From Candidatus Bathyarchaeia archaeon (GTDB lineage: Archaea > Thermoproteota > Bathyarchaeia > Bathyarchaeales > Bathycorpusculaceae): a DNA stretch of 64,000 nucleotides. Position 1 is the stretch's first letter. Each line of letters begins with the position of its first letter. Positions 51,298 through 60,352 of this stretch are shown here, piece after piece. The DNA lies in NCBI GenBank assembly GCA_049515895.1, contig JBEKTQ010000010.1, forward strand, positions 66,259 to 130,258, given 5' to 3'. The notes below the pieces were generated by a model that was not told the DNA's origin, ran no database searches, and saw nothing but the letters and a program-made list of their open reading frames with translations. A program made the translations under genes and the position numbers.

Positions 51298-51675
51298 TTA
51301 GCGCGCACGCTTATTGATCTCTCTTTGTTTTGCTTCTGGAATCAACTGATTCAGTTTACTAACCAGCTTCTCGGCTTCTTCTGTTCGAAGCGGAATATTT
51401 ACATCTACGTCGGGCAATGCTATTTTGACTTCTCCCGTTTTTTCCATATTCACAGAATTAATGTCAGATAAGTGGATATGCAATGGCACAAAGACCCTCA
51501 AGATACGACCAAATGTTTCCGTAAGGCCTGGCGCGTTTTCAAGCGCTTCCTCGATTTCGTTTTTCACGTTTCCTCTCACGTCTATTTTCAACAGATTGTT
51601 GGAAACCTTAATAACAAAATTTGGATGGTCAATCTCCAAAACCAAATCGGTCTCTGACATTCTTAACCCCTTCAA
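51298..51675 (-). CDS. Hypothetical protein (PH-like), 3' end at a (GC)n tract
   Basis: IHLSDINSVNME pattern; last codons are the GCGTGCGCGC tract. Confidence 0.55.
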   Translation of the reverse strand: MKGLRMSETDLVLEIDHPNFVIKVSNNLLKIDVRGNVKNEIEEALENAPGLTETFGRILRVFVPLHIHLSDINSVNMEKTGEVKIALPDVDVNIPLRTEEAEKLVSKLNQLIPEAKQREINKRAR

Positions 51676-51865
51676 TTCTCGTTACAACTATAGACGCGGA
51701 AATAAACTTTCACTTGCGAAAATGGAGGCGCCGCTCCATCGGCGTCCGCTTGAAAATTTGGTCGCCAAACCCAAAATTAAAATTAGTGAACACATAAAAC
51801 TATGCTAATTGGAATTTATTTCAATAGCGGGGAAAAACACTCGAAAGTTATGTCTAAGTTGATTA

Positions 51866-52137
51866 CTACTTCGTTTTAGCTTTATCCCTGAGGGCTTCGA
51901 GTTTCTCTGAGACTTTTTTGCTTCGTTCTTCTGCTTCAGCCAGCATGGGTTTCCAATCTTTGTTTTTGACTATATTGGTTATTCGTTCAGTTTCTGCGGG
52001 CAACTTCTCCAGGGTTTCGCTCATGCGTTTATCGGCTTCTTCATCAGTGGTTACGATCTCTAGGGCTTCTTCGGGGCAGAATTCTACACATTGAGGTTCC
52101 CCGCCGCAAAGATCGCATGCTACTGAAAAGCCTGTGT
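51866..52137 (-). pseudogene. C-terminal fragment of 4Fe-4S dicluster protein
   Basis: ACDLCGGEPQCVEFCPEEAL then helical tail; 5' part missing at the IS boundary. Confidence 0.75.
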
Positions 52138-52144
52138 CGCGCGC

Positions 52145-53241
52145 TGGTTTGTCCCGAAATTGAAAAGCTTATTTTAATAGAGGGGTCTCGTATCAAATAA
52201 GTCACGTCCAAGCTTAGGAGGTGAGTCCTAGCGGGACAAGATGAACACGAGACCCTAGAAGTCCTCTTCAGAAACATTGACTTAAGCTTTGCTAAACGAG
52301 TTATGAGAGGCTGCTTTCACACTTATGGACCAGGCAGGCATCCCAGAAATCCATTTGGCCTTTTCAGAACCATCATCATAATGAAGATGAAAGGCGTTCG
52401 CAGCCTAAGAGAAATGACCCGCCTACTTGACACTGATTTGCGACTTAGAAAGTTGTGTTTAATAAAGAAAAAGGAAACAGCGTACCCTAGAAGCGTTCTG
52501 AGCAGGTTCAGTGGAAGGGTTGGAGAAGACAAACTAACCAAAATAATAGAGGAGAAGGTTGTTAAGCTCTTGAAACAGAACGGCGCGAAAGAAGTTGATG
52601 CTGTTTTTGATGCTTCTTTCATTAAAGTTTGGAGTACACGAGACCCGGAAGACAACCAAACGGGATACTCAGACGCAGAAGCCAGAGTTGGAAGAGCAGG
52701 CAGAACATTCGGGCTTGGATACAAGTTACATTTGGCTATTGACTCTAAGACTATGCTTCCTTTGGCTTGCACCTTTGCATCCGCCAACCAGAACGAGCAG
52801 AAACACTCCTTGAACATGTTAGAGAAGGCAAAGCTGGTTCTCAAACAATCTGCGGCCAAACTGAAAAGCGTGATTGCTGACAGTCAGTACAGCGACGGCA
52901 AACTCAGAAACGCCGTTGACAAGACGGTGATTCCTTATCGGTCAAACCAGAAACGTAACGTTAATGGTTTGCTTAGGGTAGACAAGAAGTTCAGAACCTA
53001 CGGACCTGAAGAACAGAAAATGGAGTATCACAAAAGGCCACGCATTGAAGCGGTCTACAGCTTCCTGAAGACTCAGTGCAGTCTGACAATCAACAAGGTT
53101 AGAGGCTTGGGCAACGTAGCTTCATACGCTCTCTTCAGCATTCTTTGCTTGGTTCTCAACCGAGAGGCAGCTGAAAACATCGGCAGATCTGATAAAGCAG
53201 TATCACCTACCTACTTCAACACGTAATATCGGGACAAGGCA
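52145..53241 (+). mobile_element. IS element A (IS5/IS1182-like DDE)
   Basis: TIRs TGGTTTGTCCCGAAATT / TGCCTTGTCCCGATATT, each directly flanked by GCGCGC. Confidence 0.88.
52303..53226 (+). CDS. DDE transposase (DDE_Tnp_1-like)
   Basis: DASFI, GYKLHL, ADSQYS, RPRIE; frame extends to 52228 after a GGAGGTGA SD. Confidence 0.9.
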   Translation: MRGCFHTYGPGRHPRNPFGLFRTIIIMKMKGVRSLREMTRLLDTDLRLRKLCLIKKKETAYPRSVLSRFSGRVGEDKLTKIIEEKVVKLLKQNGAKEVDAVFDASFIKVWSTRDPEDNQTGYSDAEARVGRAGRTFGLGYKLHLAIDSKTMLPLACTFASANQNEQKHSLNMLEKAKLVLKQSAAKLKSVIADSQYSDGKLRNAVDKTVIPYRSNQKRNVNGLLRVDKKFRTYGPEEQKMEYHKRPRIEAVYSFLKTQCSLTINKVRGLGNVASYALFSILCLVLNREAAENIGRSDKAVSPTYFNT

Positions 53242-53466
53242 GCGCGCGAACAAGTACTCATTTTTACTAGCACCAAACCAAAGTTTACTGAGCGCGCTAG
53301 CTTATGGTCAAACAATCCAGTTCTAGTCCGAGTAATCCAACAGTGGTATGATTTCATGTGGGAAAAGAGTAGCTTAAAATGTGTTAGATAGTGCAGATAG
53401 AAGGTTTTCTTAATGATGCTATTCTTGTTCTACAACTTTAGATTCGGGCGTTCAAATTAATCTCTG

Positions 53467-53679
53467 TTAAGGAAAGGCAATATTTATCATCGTTAATATC
53501 AAAATATTGAATTTGAGGACGGGCTCTCTTTTGCGCCGGCTTAGTATCACGGACTTTAGAATTGGATTCTTTGTTGGAATCTTACCAAAAAAACGAAGCA
53601 AGGAATAGCTGAGACAGCATCCGATAATCATACCACCAAGCAAAGATATTGATTGTGGTCTGAACCCATTACGGTTCAA
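53467..53679 (-). pseudogene. Fragment of a membrane protein gene
   Basis: SLLGGMIIGCCLSYSLLRFFGKIPTKNPILKSVILS core with non-coding-like ends. Confidence 0.4.
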
Positions 53680-53694
53680 ATCCCGCTCGATCCA
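53673..53694 (+). other. tRNA 3'-end remnant (att-like, tRNA-Ala-like)
   Basis: GGTTCAAATCCCGCTCGATCCA without 5' half. Confidence 0.55.
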
Positions 53695-53821
53695 CTACTC
53701 ACATCTTTTTACTGGTAAATTGGCGTCAAAATCCCATTCCCGGGGCCTTTTTAAGACGTCTATTGAGCTTAGCGCGCGCGCTAAATCAGGGCAAAAGTTT
53801 TTTTAAGCTCATGACATGAAA

Positions 53822-53868
53822 CGACCCGACAAAGCAGTCTCACCAACCATTTCAACATGTAGTATCGA
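53822..53868 (+). pseudogene. 3' remnant of an IS-A-type transposase gene
   Basis: CGACCCGACAAAGCAGTCTCACCAACC..TTCAACATGTAGTATCG resembles IS-A end GATAAAGCAGTATCACCTACCTACTTCAACACGTAATATCG. Confidence 0.7.
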
Positions 53869-53874
53869 GCGCGC

Positions 53875-54982
53875 CAGTTTGTTGCTTAAATATTGAAGTG
53901 AACATATTCATGTTTAAATTTGTTCGAACTTGAGTATATAGGGTGAAGGATGGAAGAACCCGAATTTTCATGTACCATCCTGTCAAAACTGAACCTATGT
54001 GACATAGAAAAAGTCGTCAAGGAAGCCTACCATAAAGAAAATAGTCCGGGCCGCCCTCCGAGAAAACCCATGGGCATCTTTAAAGCGCTCATCGTTAAAC
54101 GGCTCCAGCAGATTCCCAGCGAAAGAGAAATCTGCAGACGATTATGGAAAGACGAGAATCTTAGAGAACTCTGCGACATAGAAGCTGAAGAGAATCCTTA
54201 TCACCCGTCTCAGTTGTCACGGTTTAAGAAGCGTGTCGGAAATAGGAGGCTTCAGAGAATCATGGACAAGCTGCTCAAGGAGTTATTGAGGGGCGGTGTT
54301 ATAAGCGGCGAAACGGTGGACTCGGACGCTACGTTCGTAGCCGCGTACAGTCGGCGTGACCCGCACGATAACAGTCGTGGAAAGTCTGATCCCGAAGCTA
54401 GGGTTGGCAGAGACGGAAAAACCTACGGGCTCGGCTACAAACTGCACATAATTACGGATGCTAAGTCAGAGTTGCCCTTGGCAGTTATCGCTGCGCCTGC
54501 GAACGATAACGAGAAGAAGCATGCTCCTGCCCTTTTTCGCAGGGCTTGGAAGGTAAGCGAGCATCGAATTAAAACTTTCATTGCAGATTCACAGTATTCA
54601 AGCAGAAAACTAAGAGACCGGCTTTCAGCGTGCGGTGTCAACGCGGTGGTTCCCTATCCGGCCAATCAGAAAAAAGAAGAGGCTGCGGGTGGACAAGTAC
54701 TTCAGAACCATGGTCCCAGCTTAGAGAAGCAGCTCTACAGGCAGAGAAGCGGGGTTGAGCGGGTGAATTCGAGGCAGAAGGAGCAGCTTTGTCTTGAAAG
54801 GCATAGGGCTAGAGGTCTAAAACGAGTAACTACGCATGCGCTGCTCTTCATGATCGCCATGCTGCTCAATGGGGTGGTAGCGTTGAGGCTAGGCAGACCG
54901 GAAAAAGCGAGATCAATCACTATGCTCGCAAGGTAAAGGCAAACAGACGTTAACACAAAGAAATCGAATTAGCAACAAGCTG
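53875..54982 (+). mobile_element. IS element B (same family as A)
   Basis: TIRs CAGTTTGTTGCT / CAGCTTGTTGCT flanked by GCGCGC and GCGCGCGC. Confidence 0.88.
53950..54936 (+). CDS. DDE transposase with a short out-of-frame segment
   Basis: GRPP, DATFV, GYKLH, ADSQYS, RSGVER; conserved LRVDKYFR lies in another frame at about 54680-54710. Confidence 0.85.
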   Translation: MEEPEFSCTILSKLNLCDIEKVVKEAYHKENSPGRPPRKPMGIFKALIVKRLQQIPSEREICRRLWKDENLRELCDIEAEENPYHPSQLSRFKKRVGNRRLQRIMDKLLKELLRGGVISGETVDSDATFVAAYSRRDPHDNSRGKSDPEARVGRDGKTYGLGYKLHIITDAKSELPLAVIAAPANDNEKKHAPALFRRAWKVSEHRIKTFIADSQYSSRKLRDRLSACGVNAVVPYPANQKKEEAAGGQVLQNHGPSLEKQLYRQRSGVERVNSRQKEQLCLERHRARGLKRVTTHALLFMIAMLLNGVVALRLGRPEKARSITMLAR

Positions 54983-54990
54983 GCGCGCGC

Positions 54991-55326
54991 CCAATTTAGG
55001 GATTAATTCACCTTTGACGTCCTCTCCAGCGATGTCCTCGTTGTAGTTTTCGTCTTCATGAGCTTCTTCTTCGGACCCTTCTTCTGCATCTTCTTCAATT
55101 GCTCTTTCTCTGGCGCCTGCAGCCCGTGCTTCATCTTCAGCTTCGCCTTTTGGAGGAAAAGCATCGTCTAACCACACAGTTTAAACTGTTTTTTGCCTTC
55201 AGGATTGGAAAAAGCCCACTCACACAATTCACTGAAAACGCTATTCAGGTCAACTTGGTGCTCGTTAGCTAACTGTTTTAGGTATTGTTCCCACTTAGCA
55301 GGAATAGATATCGCTAATCTGCTCAT
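54991..55326 (-). pseudogene. Frameshifted ribbon-helix-helix-like protein with acidic tail
   Basis: MSRLAISIPAKWEQYLKQLA...KQFKL / WLDDAFPP split at a TGTGTG near 55175; runs into IS-B tract. Confidence 0.6.
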
Positions 55327-55330
55327 TTTC

Positions 55331-55522
55331 TTACTCGTGCCCTTTTGTTTCATGGTGAATTGTATCTCTGTGTCTCTCCATCTCTGAGTTGGTCTTGAAG
55401 GTTTTACCGCAATCTGGACAAGGAATCTGGCTTGGTTCTACTCCCCTCACTGGTATTTCTTGAGATGAAGGCGCTCCCAACGTGTGAGGCTGATGAGTCT
55501 CTTTCTTTTTCATGACTTGCAC
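55331..55522 (-). CDS. Small C2H2 zinc-finger protein
   Basis: CPDCGKTFKTNSEMERHRDTIH. Confidence 0.75.
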   Translation of the reverse strand: MQVMKKKETHQPHTLGAPSSQEIPVRGVEPSQIPCPDCGKTFKTNSEMERHRDTIHHETKGHE

Positions 55523-55845
55523 CCAAACACTCTAGAAGAGGGTTCAAGCTTTCTTAAATATATGTGGATGTAGCGAAACAATAACAAAGTCACTTTTGTT
55601 TCAAGACTCGAGTGGTTGTTAAAGTGCAAACTAATAGTTGACAGTTAACAAAAGGATTTTCCGTTTGTTTGGGTTTTTGGATTAAATCTTAATCCCACAC
55701 ACACTTGTTTTTCATTAATTATCCTGAAATAGCATCTTAAATATGTGAACCTTAAATGAGAATCGTACGTAGTCTTGATTATATGAGAATCCTTGTATTC
55801 ACTGAAGGTACGCTAATCAGCACAAGCCTAACATCTCTAAAGGAG

Positions 55846-57243
55846 TCAGAGGTCATATTCTTCCAAGTATACGGGAGCGGTCACTTCCCATCCGCCTTTT
55901 GAATTCAGGTAGTTTTCTAAGCTCAAGATCGATCCTTCTTCGCCATGAGTCAAGAAAACATGCTTCGGCGGAGCTTTGAAGTTGTCAAGCCAGCGGTGCA
56001 AATCATTCATACCAGCATGCGCAGATAAACCATTAATGTTCTCAATCCTCATCCGTACGGGGTAGGATTCACCGAGAATACTTACTGGGGAAACGCCGTC
56101 CAAGATTTGTCGTCCAAGGGTTCCAACCGCTTGGTACCCCACAAAAATAAGTGCAGATTCGGGACGCGTTATTTCTCTGACCAGATGATGTTTAATTCGT
56201 CCTCCAGTAATCATCCCCGAACCAGCCATTATGATTGTTGACCCTTTGATCAGGTTGATCGCTTTCGATCCTTCAACAGATTCGACTAGCTTCAATCCTG
56301 GAAAATCAAAGGGTGTTTGACCATCCTTGAATAGTTCCAGAGCTTTTTTGTCAAAGTACTTCTTGCTCTGTTCAAAAACCTTCGTGATTTCTACAGCCAT
56401 AGGGCTATCGAGAAACGTAACAATGTAAGGAATTCTTTTTGCACGCGCCAACAAGCTAATATGGTATAAGAGCTCTTGGGCTCGTTCAATAGCGAAGGTG
56501 GGGATAATGACATTACCGCCAGATTTTATTGTGTCATTGATAATCTTGCTGAGTTTATCATCAATATCTTGTAAGTTATCATGATTTCGATCTCCATATG
56601 TGGACTCCATGACCACGTAATCTGCTCGATCAAATACTGTGGGGTTGTTGAGTAGAGGCGTATCCCACTGTCCGATATCGCCAGAGAATATGACGTTTCG
56701 CGACCCGTTCTCGTCTTGTAAAACGATCTCAATCATGGCCGAGCCAAGGATGTGGCCGGCATCGTGGAAACAAACCTTGATTTGATCGTTTAGCGGCAGA
56801 AACTCTTCGTATGGAACAGCTTTCAGGAGGGGAAAGCACTTTTCTGCATCTTGGACTGTGTATAAAGGGGTTTCCGTGTAAGGCTCCTCATGTTCTTCGT
56901 TGTTGTTTCGGTTTTTCTTGAAGGCAGCGTCTTCTTCTTGGATGCGGGCAGAATCTAAAATCACTATTGGGAACAACTCCTTAGAAGCAGCGGTTAGTAG
57001 AATATCTCCGTGAAACCCTTCTTTGACAAGTTTAGGAATAAGTCCAGAGTGGTCTTGGTGAACATGGGTGAGGAGGAGATATTCGATCTGGTCTGGAGGA
57101 ATAGGGAAAGCCTCCCAGTTTCTGTGGGAATAGTCCCGTTCTTGAAACATGCCGCAATCGATGAGGATTTTCACTTTGGCGGTTTCCAGTAAGTAGCTTG
57201 ATCCTGTCACTTGATGTGTTGCGCCTAGGAATTTTATTTTCAT
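55846..57243 (-). CDS. MBL-fold beta-CASP ribonuclease (YSH1/CPSF-like)
   Basis: THVHQDHSG, AGHILGS, SGD, ESTYG, GYQAVGTLGR, SAHA, HGE. Confidence 0.93.
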   Translation of the reverse strand: MKIKFLGATHQVTGSSYLLETAKVKILIDCGMFQERDYSHRNWEAFPIPPDQIEYLLLTHVHQDHSGLIPKLVKEGFHGDILLTAASKELFPIVILDSARIQEEDAAFKKNRNNNEEHEEPYTETPLYTVQDAEKCFPLLKAVPYEEFLPLNDQIKVCFHDAGHILGSAMIEIVLQDENGSRNVIFSGDIGQWDTPLLNNPTVFDRADYVVMESTYGDRNHDNLQDIDDKLSKIINDTIKSGGNVIIPTFAIERAQELLYHISLLARAKRIPYIVTFLDSPMAVEITKVFEQSKKYFDKKALELFKDGQTPFDFPGLKLVESVEGSKAINLIKGSTIIMAGSGMITGGRIKHHLVREITRPESALIFVGYQAVGTLGRQILDGVSPVSILGESYPVRMRIENINGLSAHAGMNDLHRWLDNFKAPPKHVFLTHGEEGSILSLENYLNSKGGWEVTAPVYLEEYDL

Positions 57244-57549
57244 GATCTTCTTTCACTACATTGTTATTTCTCATTTCTGCCCTATGAGTTCTTCCATTAC
57301 TACTCGTAGTTGAGTGCAATCTCTTTGTATGCTGCAGGCTCAGCGCGCGCTGCGGCACTACTTTTAAGTAGTTTTATATTGCCATTAAATAGGTGATGAA
57401 AGAATGTCAGGACTGATCCTTTCTGGAAAAGCAAACGAACTTGTTTGTTGAGCCTCAGAAAATCTTGCAATTGCTTGACTGAAACTTCAAGTTATCTTTT
57501 TCTTTCATCTGAAAAGTGACGTAAATCTATGAAAGGGAGGTGAAGACCT

Positions 57550-58191
57550 CTGAGAATAGTATATCCTATTGAATTTGAGCTGAATCCCAAAGAAATGGAA
57601 CCTGGAATTCGTTGGGTAACATTGCGATTAAAAAATATAGGAAGTGAAACCGTAAAATTTCTTGATGTGAAATTGCATACACTCGACTCTTATTACATTC
57701 GAGTTTTTGGCACAGGAGAATACATAATTAATCTTGCGCCAGGTGAAGAAGCAACTCGCGCTTTCCAGCTTGAAGCTACATCGACCTCTGATCTGTATGC
57801 TTCTGTTTACGGTTTCTCACCTAAAGGCGCCTTTTCAATAGAATCTCTACCGGTGACAATTGCAGTAACGGGGAAAGCAGCAGAGATCGTATCTATGTTT
57901 GCAATGTCAATGCCTTATACTCCAATGGGAAAAGCCGTTAAGATCCAAGCAATAGTGAAAGGACTCAAGGATAGCAGGGACCTCGATTTAGAGTTTTATG
58001 CTCAGATGCCGCTAAAATGGCCTGAAGAGTTGGCAAAGATCGAGATAAAAAGGATTTCCAAAGACGAAGAGCAACGGTATTCGGCTGAATTAATACCCAA
58101 AGAAGAAGGATTCTATGTAATACGGGCATATCTATACGATAAAGACAAGAGGATAGATCTAAAGAATGATACCATTTGGGCACAAAAATGA
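57550..58191 (+). CDS. Unknown tandem Ig-like domain protein (paralogue 1), CTG start
   Basis: GGAGGTGA SD then CTG AGA ATA GTA TAT CCT aligning with MRLVYP of paralogue 3. Confidence 0.8.
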   Translation: MRIVYPIEFELNPKEMEPGIRWVTLRLKNIGSETVKFLDVKLHTLDSYYIRVFGTGEYIINLAPGEEATRAFQLEATSTSDLYASVYGFSPKGAFSIESLPVTIAVTGKAAEIVSMFAMSMPYTPMGKAVKIQAIVKGLKDSRDLDLEFYAQMPLKWPEELAKIEIKRISKDEEQRYSAELIPKEEGFYVIRAYLYDKDKRIDLKNDTIWAQK

Positions 58192-58279
58192 GACTTCCGA
58201 CTATGTAAATCTTTCTCGCTGCACAATTAAGACCCATTTCACGTCTTGAAGTGGAGCCTATTGTTCTTGGATATTTTAA

Positions 58280-59413
58280 TTGATAAATTGGGAATCAAGC
58301 TTTCAAGTTGTGATTGGTTTGATAAAAGTAAATGTTAAAAATTTGGAGGATTACCTCTCCATCATTTACAAGGCAAAATCTCAGGTTGTATCTTTGAGCG
58401 AGCTAGGCGATAAGATTGGAAAACAAGAAGAAAAGCTGAAGACTTTTGGATATGGGAGCCCTTATTTAATCGAATTCAACGTGAATGACGAGAACAAACG
58501 TGTAGTGTTAGAGTCCGTGCGTCCGGGGGGATTCGGCCACGACCACTTTTCAGACCGCGCCAGAATAGCCTTGTGGCAACACTCTGCCTTCAATAAACTT
58601 CCCAAACATGTGCACTCGATTGATGTGGGAGCATTCACTACTGATGGATCGATCAAATCTCTGGGAAATTGTTGTGAGTGTTTTATTATTACTTGGTTTG
58701 TAGACGGAAAACCATACGCCAGAGACTTAGAAAGGATTAGAGAACAAAAAAACATAACACAGTTGGATAAAGATAGATGCAAAGCTCTTTCAAATTATCT
58801 AGCAGTTATACATTCTACAAAGAAGGATTCTCCTGAACTGTACACAAGACGTATTCGTGAGTTAATAGGAAGTGGAGAATGCATAATGGGCTTATGCGAC
58901 AGTTATCCTTCTGGGCTAGAATACATTAACGAAAAAGACCTGTGCAATATAGAAAAGAAAAGCGTGGAATGGAGATGGAAGATAAAACAGCGATTTGCTC
59001 ACAGATGCTCACAAGTTCATGGCGATTTTCATCCATGGAATATCTTATTTCAAAAAGGTGAAGATTTCACTGTTCTAGACCGCAGTAGAGGCGAATGGGG
59101 AGAACCAGCAGATGACCTGAGTGCAATGAGTATTAACTACATCGTCTATTCTTTGCTATTGCACGGTAAACTCGAAGGATCCTTTGAAACGCTTTTTGAC
59201 CTATTTTGGAGAAATTATTTGGACAAAACAGGGGACATGGAAGTCTTTAGGGTCATACAACCTTTCTATGTTTGGAGAGGTTTAGTGTTAGCTTCGCCTA
59301 TTTGGTATCCCGAACTAAACCCCAGTGTACGCATTGGAATTCTTAACTTCGTGAGAAACATGCTCAAAATTGATATATTCGACATCAAAGACGTGAATTC
59401 CTATATCAAATAA
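58280..59413 (+). CDS. Aminoglycoside phosphotransferase/choline kinase-like protein
   Basis: LAVIH, VHGDFHPWNILF, LD, GEPADDL; start may be TTG near 58319. Confidence 0.85.
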   Translation: MINWESSFQVVIGLIKVNVKNLEDYLSIIYKAKSQVVSLSELGDKIGKQEEKLKTFGYGSPYLIEFNVNDENKRVVLESVRPGGFGHDHFSDRARIALWQHSAFNKLPKHVHSIDVGAFTTDGSIKSLGNCCECFIITWFVDGKPYARDLERIREQKNITQLDKDRCKALSNYLAVIHSTKKDSPELYTRRIRELIGSGECIMGLCDSYPSGLEYINEKDLCNIEKKSVEWRWKIKQRFAHRCSQVHGDFHPWNILFQKGEDFTVLDRSRGEWGEPADDLSAMSINYIVYSLLLHGKLEGSFETLFDLFWRNYLDKTGDMEVFRVIQPFYVWRGLVLASPIWYPELNPSVRIGILNFVRNMLKIDIFDIKDVNSYIK

Positions 59414-59975
59414 CAAACTCCGGCAACAACCAAACGGCTGGTGTGTTTGGGTAACGGGTCTTCCGGGAAGCGGAAAGTCTACCGTTTCTCGAGCTTTGCA
59501 TGAGCACTTGGAGGACATCGGGGTCCACGCTCAAATTGTTTCCTCAGATGCATTGCGCGAAGTCATGACCCCTAATCCTTCGTACACCGAAGAAGAGCGG
59601 GACGCTGTTTATGCGGTCATATTTTTTGTAGCGAAACTTTTGACCAAAAACGGCGTTAACGTAATAATTGATGCTACGGGTAACCGTCGAAGATACCGCG
59701 ATGTGGCTAGAAAAAAAATTAGGTGCTTCGTTGAGGCATATATCCGATGCCCAATAGAAATATGTATCAAAAGAGAAGCCCAACGACGAAAGAGTTTCCA
59801 TGCCCCCAAAAACATATACAAAAATGGCTTAACTGGAAAAAGTGTAACCGTTCCAGGCATTGGTGTTCCTTACGAGGAACCTTTGCACGCAGATGTAATT
59901 GTAGATTCCGACAAGTTAAACCCCAAACAATCCGCCCATAAGATTTTCGAAGCGATCATAAAAAAAGTTATGTGA
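59403..59975 (+). CDS. Adenylyl-sulfate kinase-like P-loop kinase
   Basis: CVWVTGLPGSGKST upstream of the listed ORF, DALR, IDATG, VPGIGVPYEEP; probable ATA start. Confidence 0.85.
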   Translation: MSNNKLRQQPNGWCVWVTGLPGSGKSTVSRALHEHLEDIGVHAQIVSSDALREVMTPNPSYTEEERDAVYAVIFFVAKLLTKNGVNVIIDATGNRRRYRDVARKKIRCFVEAYIRCPIEICIKREAQRRKSFHAPKNIYKNGLTGKSVTVPGIGVPYEEPLHADVIVDSDKLNPKQSAHKIFEAIIKKVM

Positions 59976-60274
59976 ATACACTTAATATATTTGGTCAAAT
60001 TAAGGCATGAAAAGTATTACTCCAAAAGCCAAGTTAGTACAAAAGGAAAGATAGTATTCCTGAGATGTGAACTTAAGTCTTTTCACTGATAAGTGACTTT
60101 ACAAAAAATCAATTGGGTTTTGATACATAGTGATTGTCTATTTTGCGATCTTTCGTTTTTTATTTGACTCTTTTTAGTCTATTTCCCTTCTAATAGAATA
60201 TAGGTTTCATTCGTCTATTTAGTTAAAAGGGGGTAAATTGTAATAGGAGATAAAAAGAGCTCCTAATAATGTCA

Positions 60275-60303
60275 GTCGAGGCGACTTACGGCACTTTTTT
60301 AAA
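60275..60303 (+). promoter_or_regulatory. GTCG-N10-CGGC site plus TATA
   Basis: TCAGTCGAGGCGACTTACGGCACTTTTTTAAA. Confidence 0.65.
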
Positions 60304-60352
60304 TTCCTTCTCATCACTCTAATTAGTGTTGAAGTCAAGGTGGTGAATTCAG

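Larger units (their letters stand above)
33417..57350. repeat. Dispersed junctional (GC)n tracts
   Basis: Tracts start at 33417, 38839, 38901, 40953, 43038, 43123, 43155, 43567, 44671, 45376, 45728, 45852, 47073, 47115, 47856, 50096, 51123, 51301, 52138, 53242, 53292, 53772, 53869, 54983, 57343. Confidence 0.85.
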
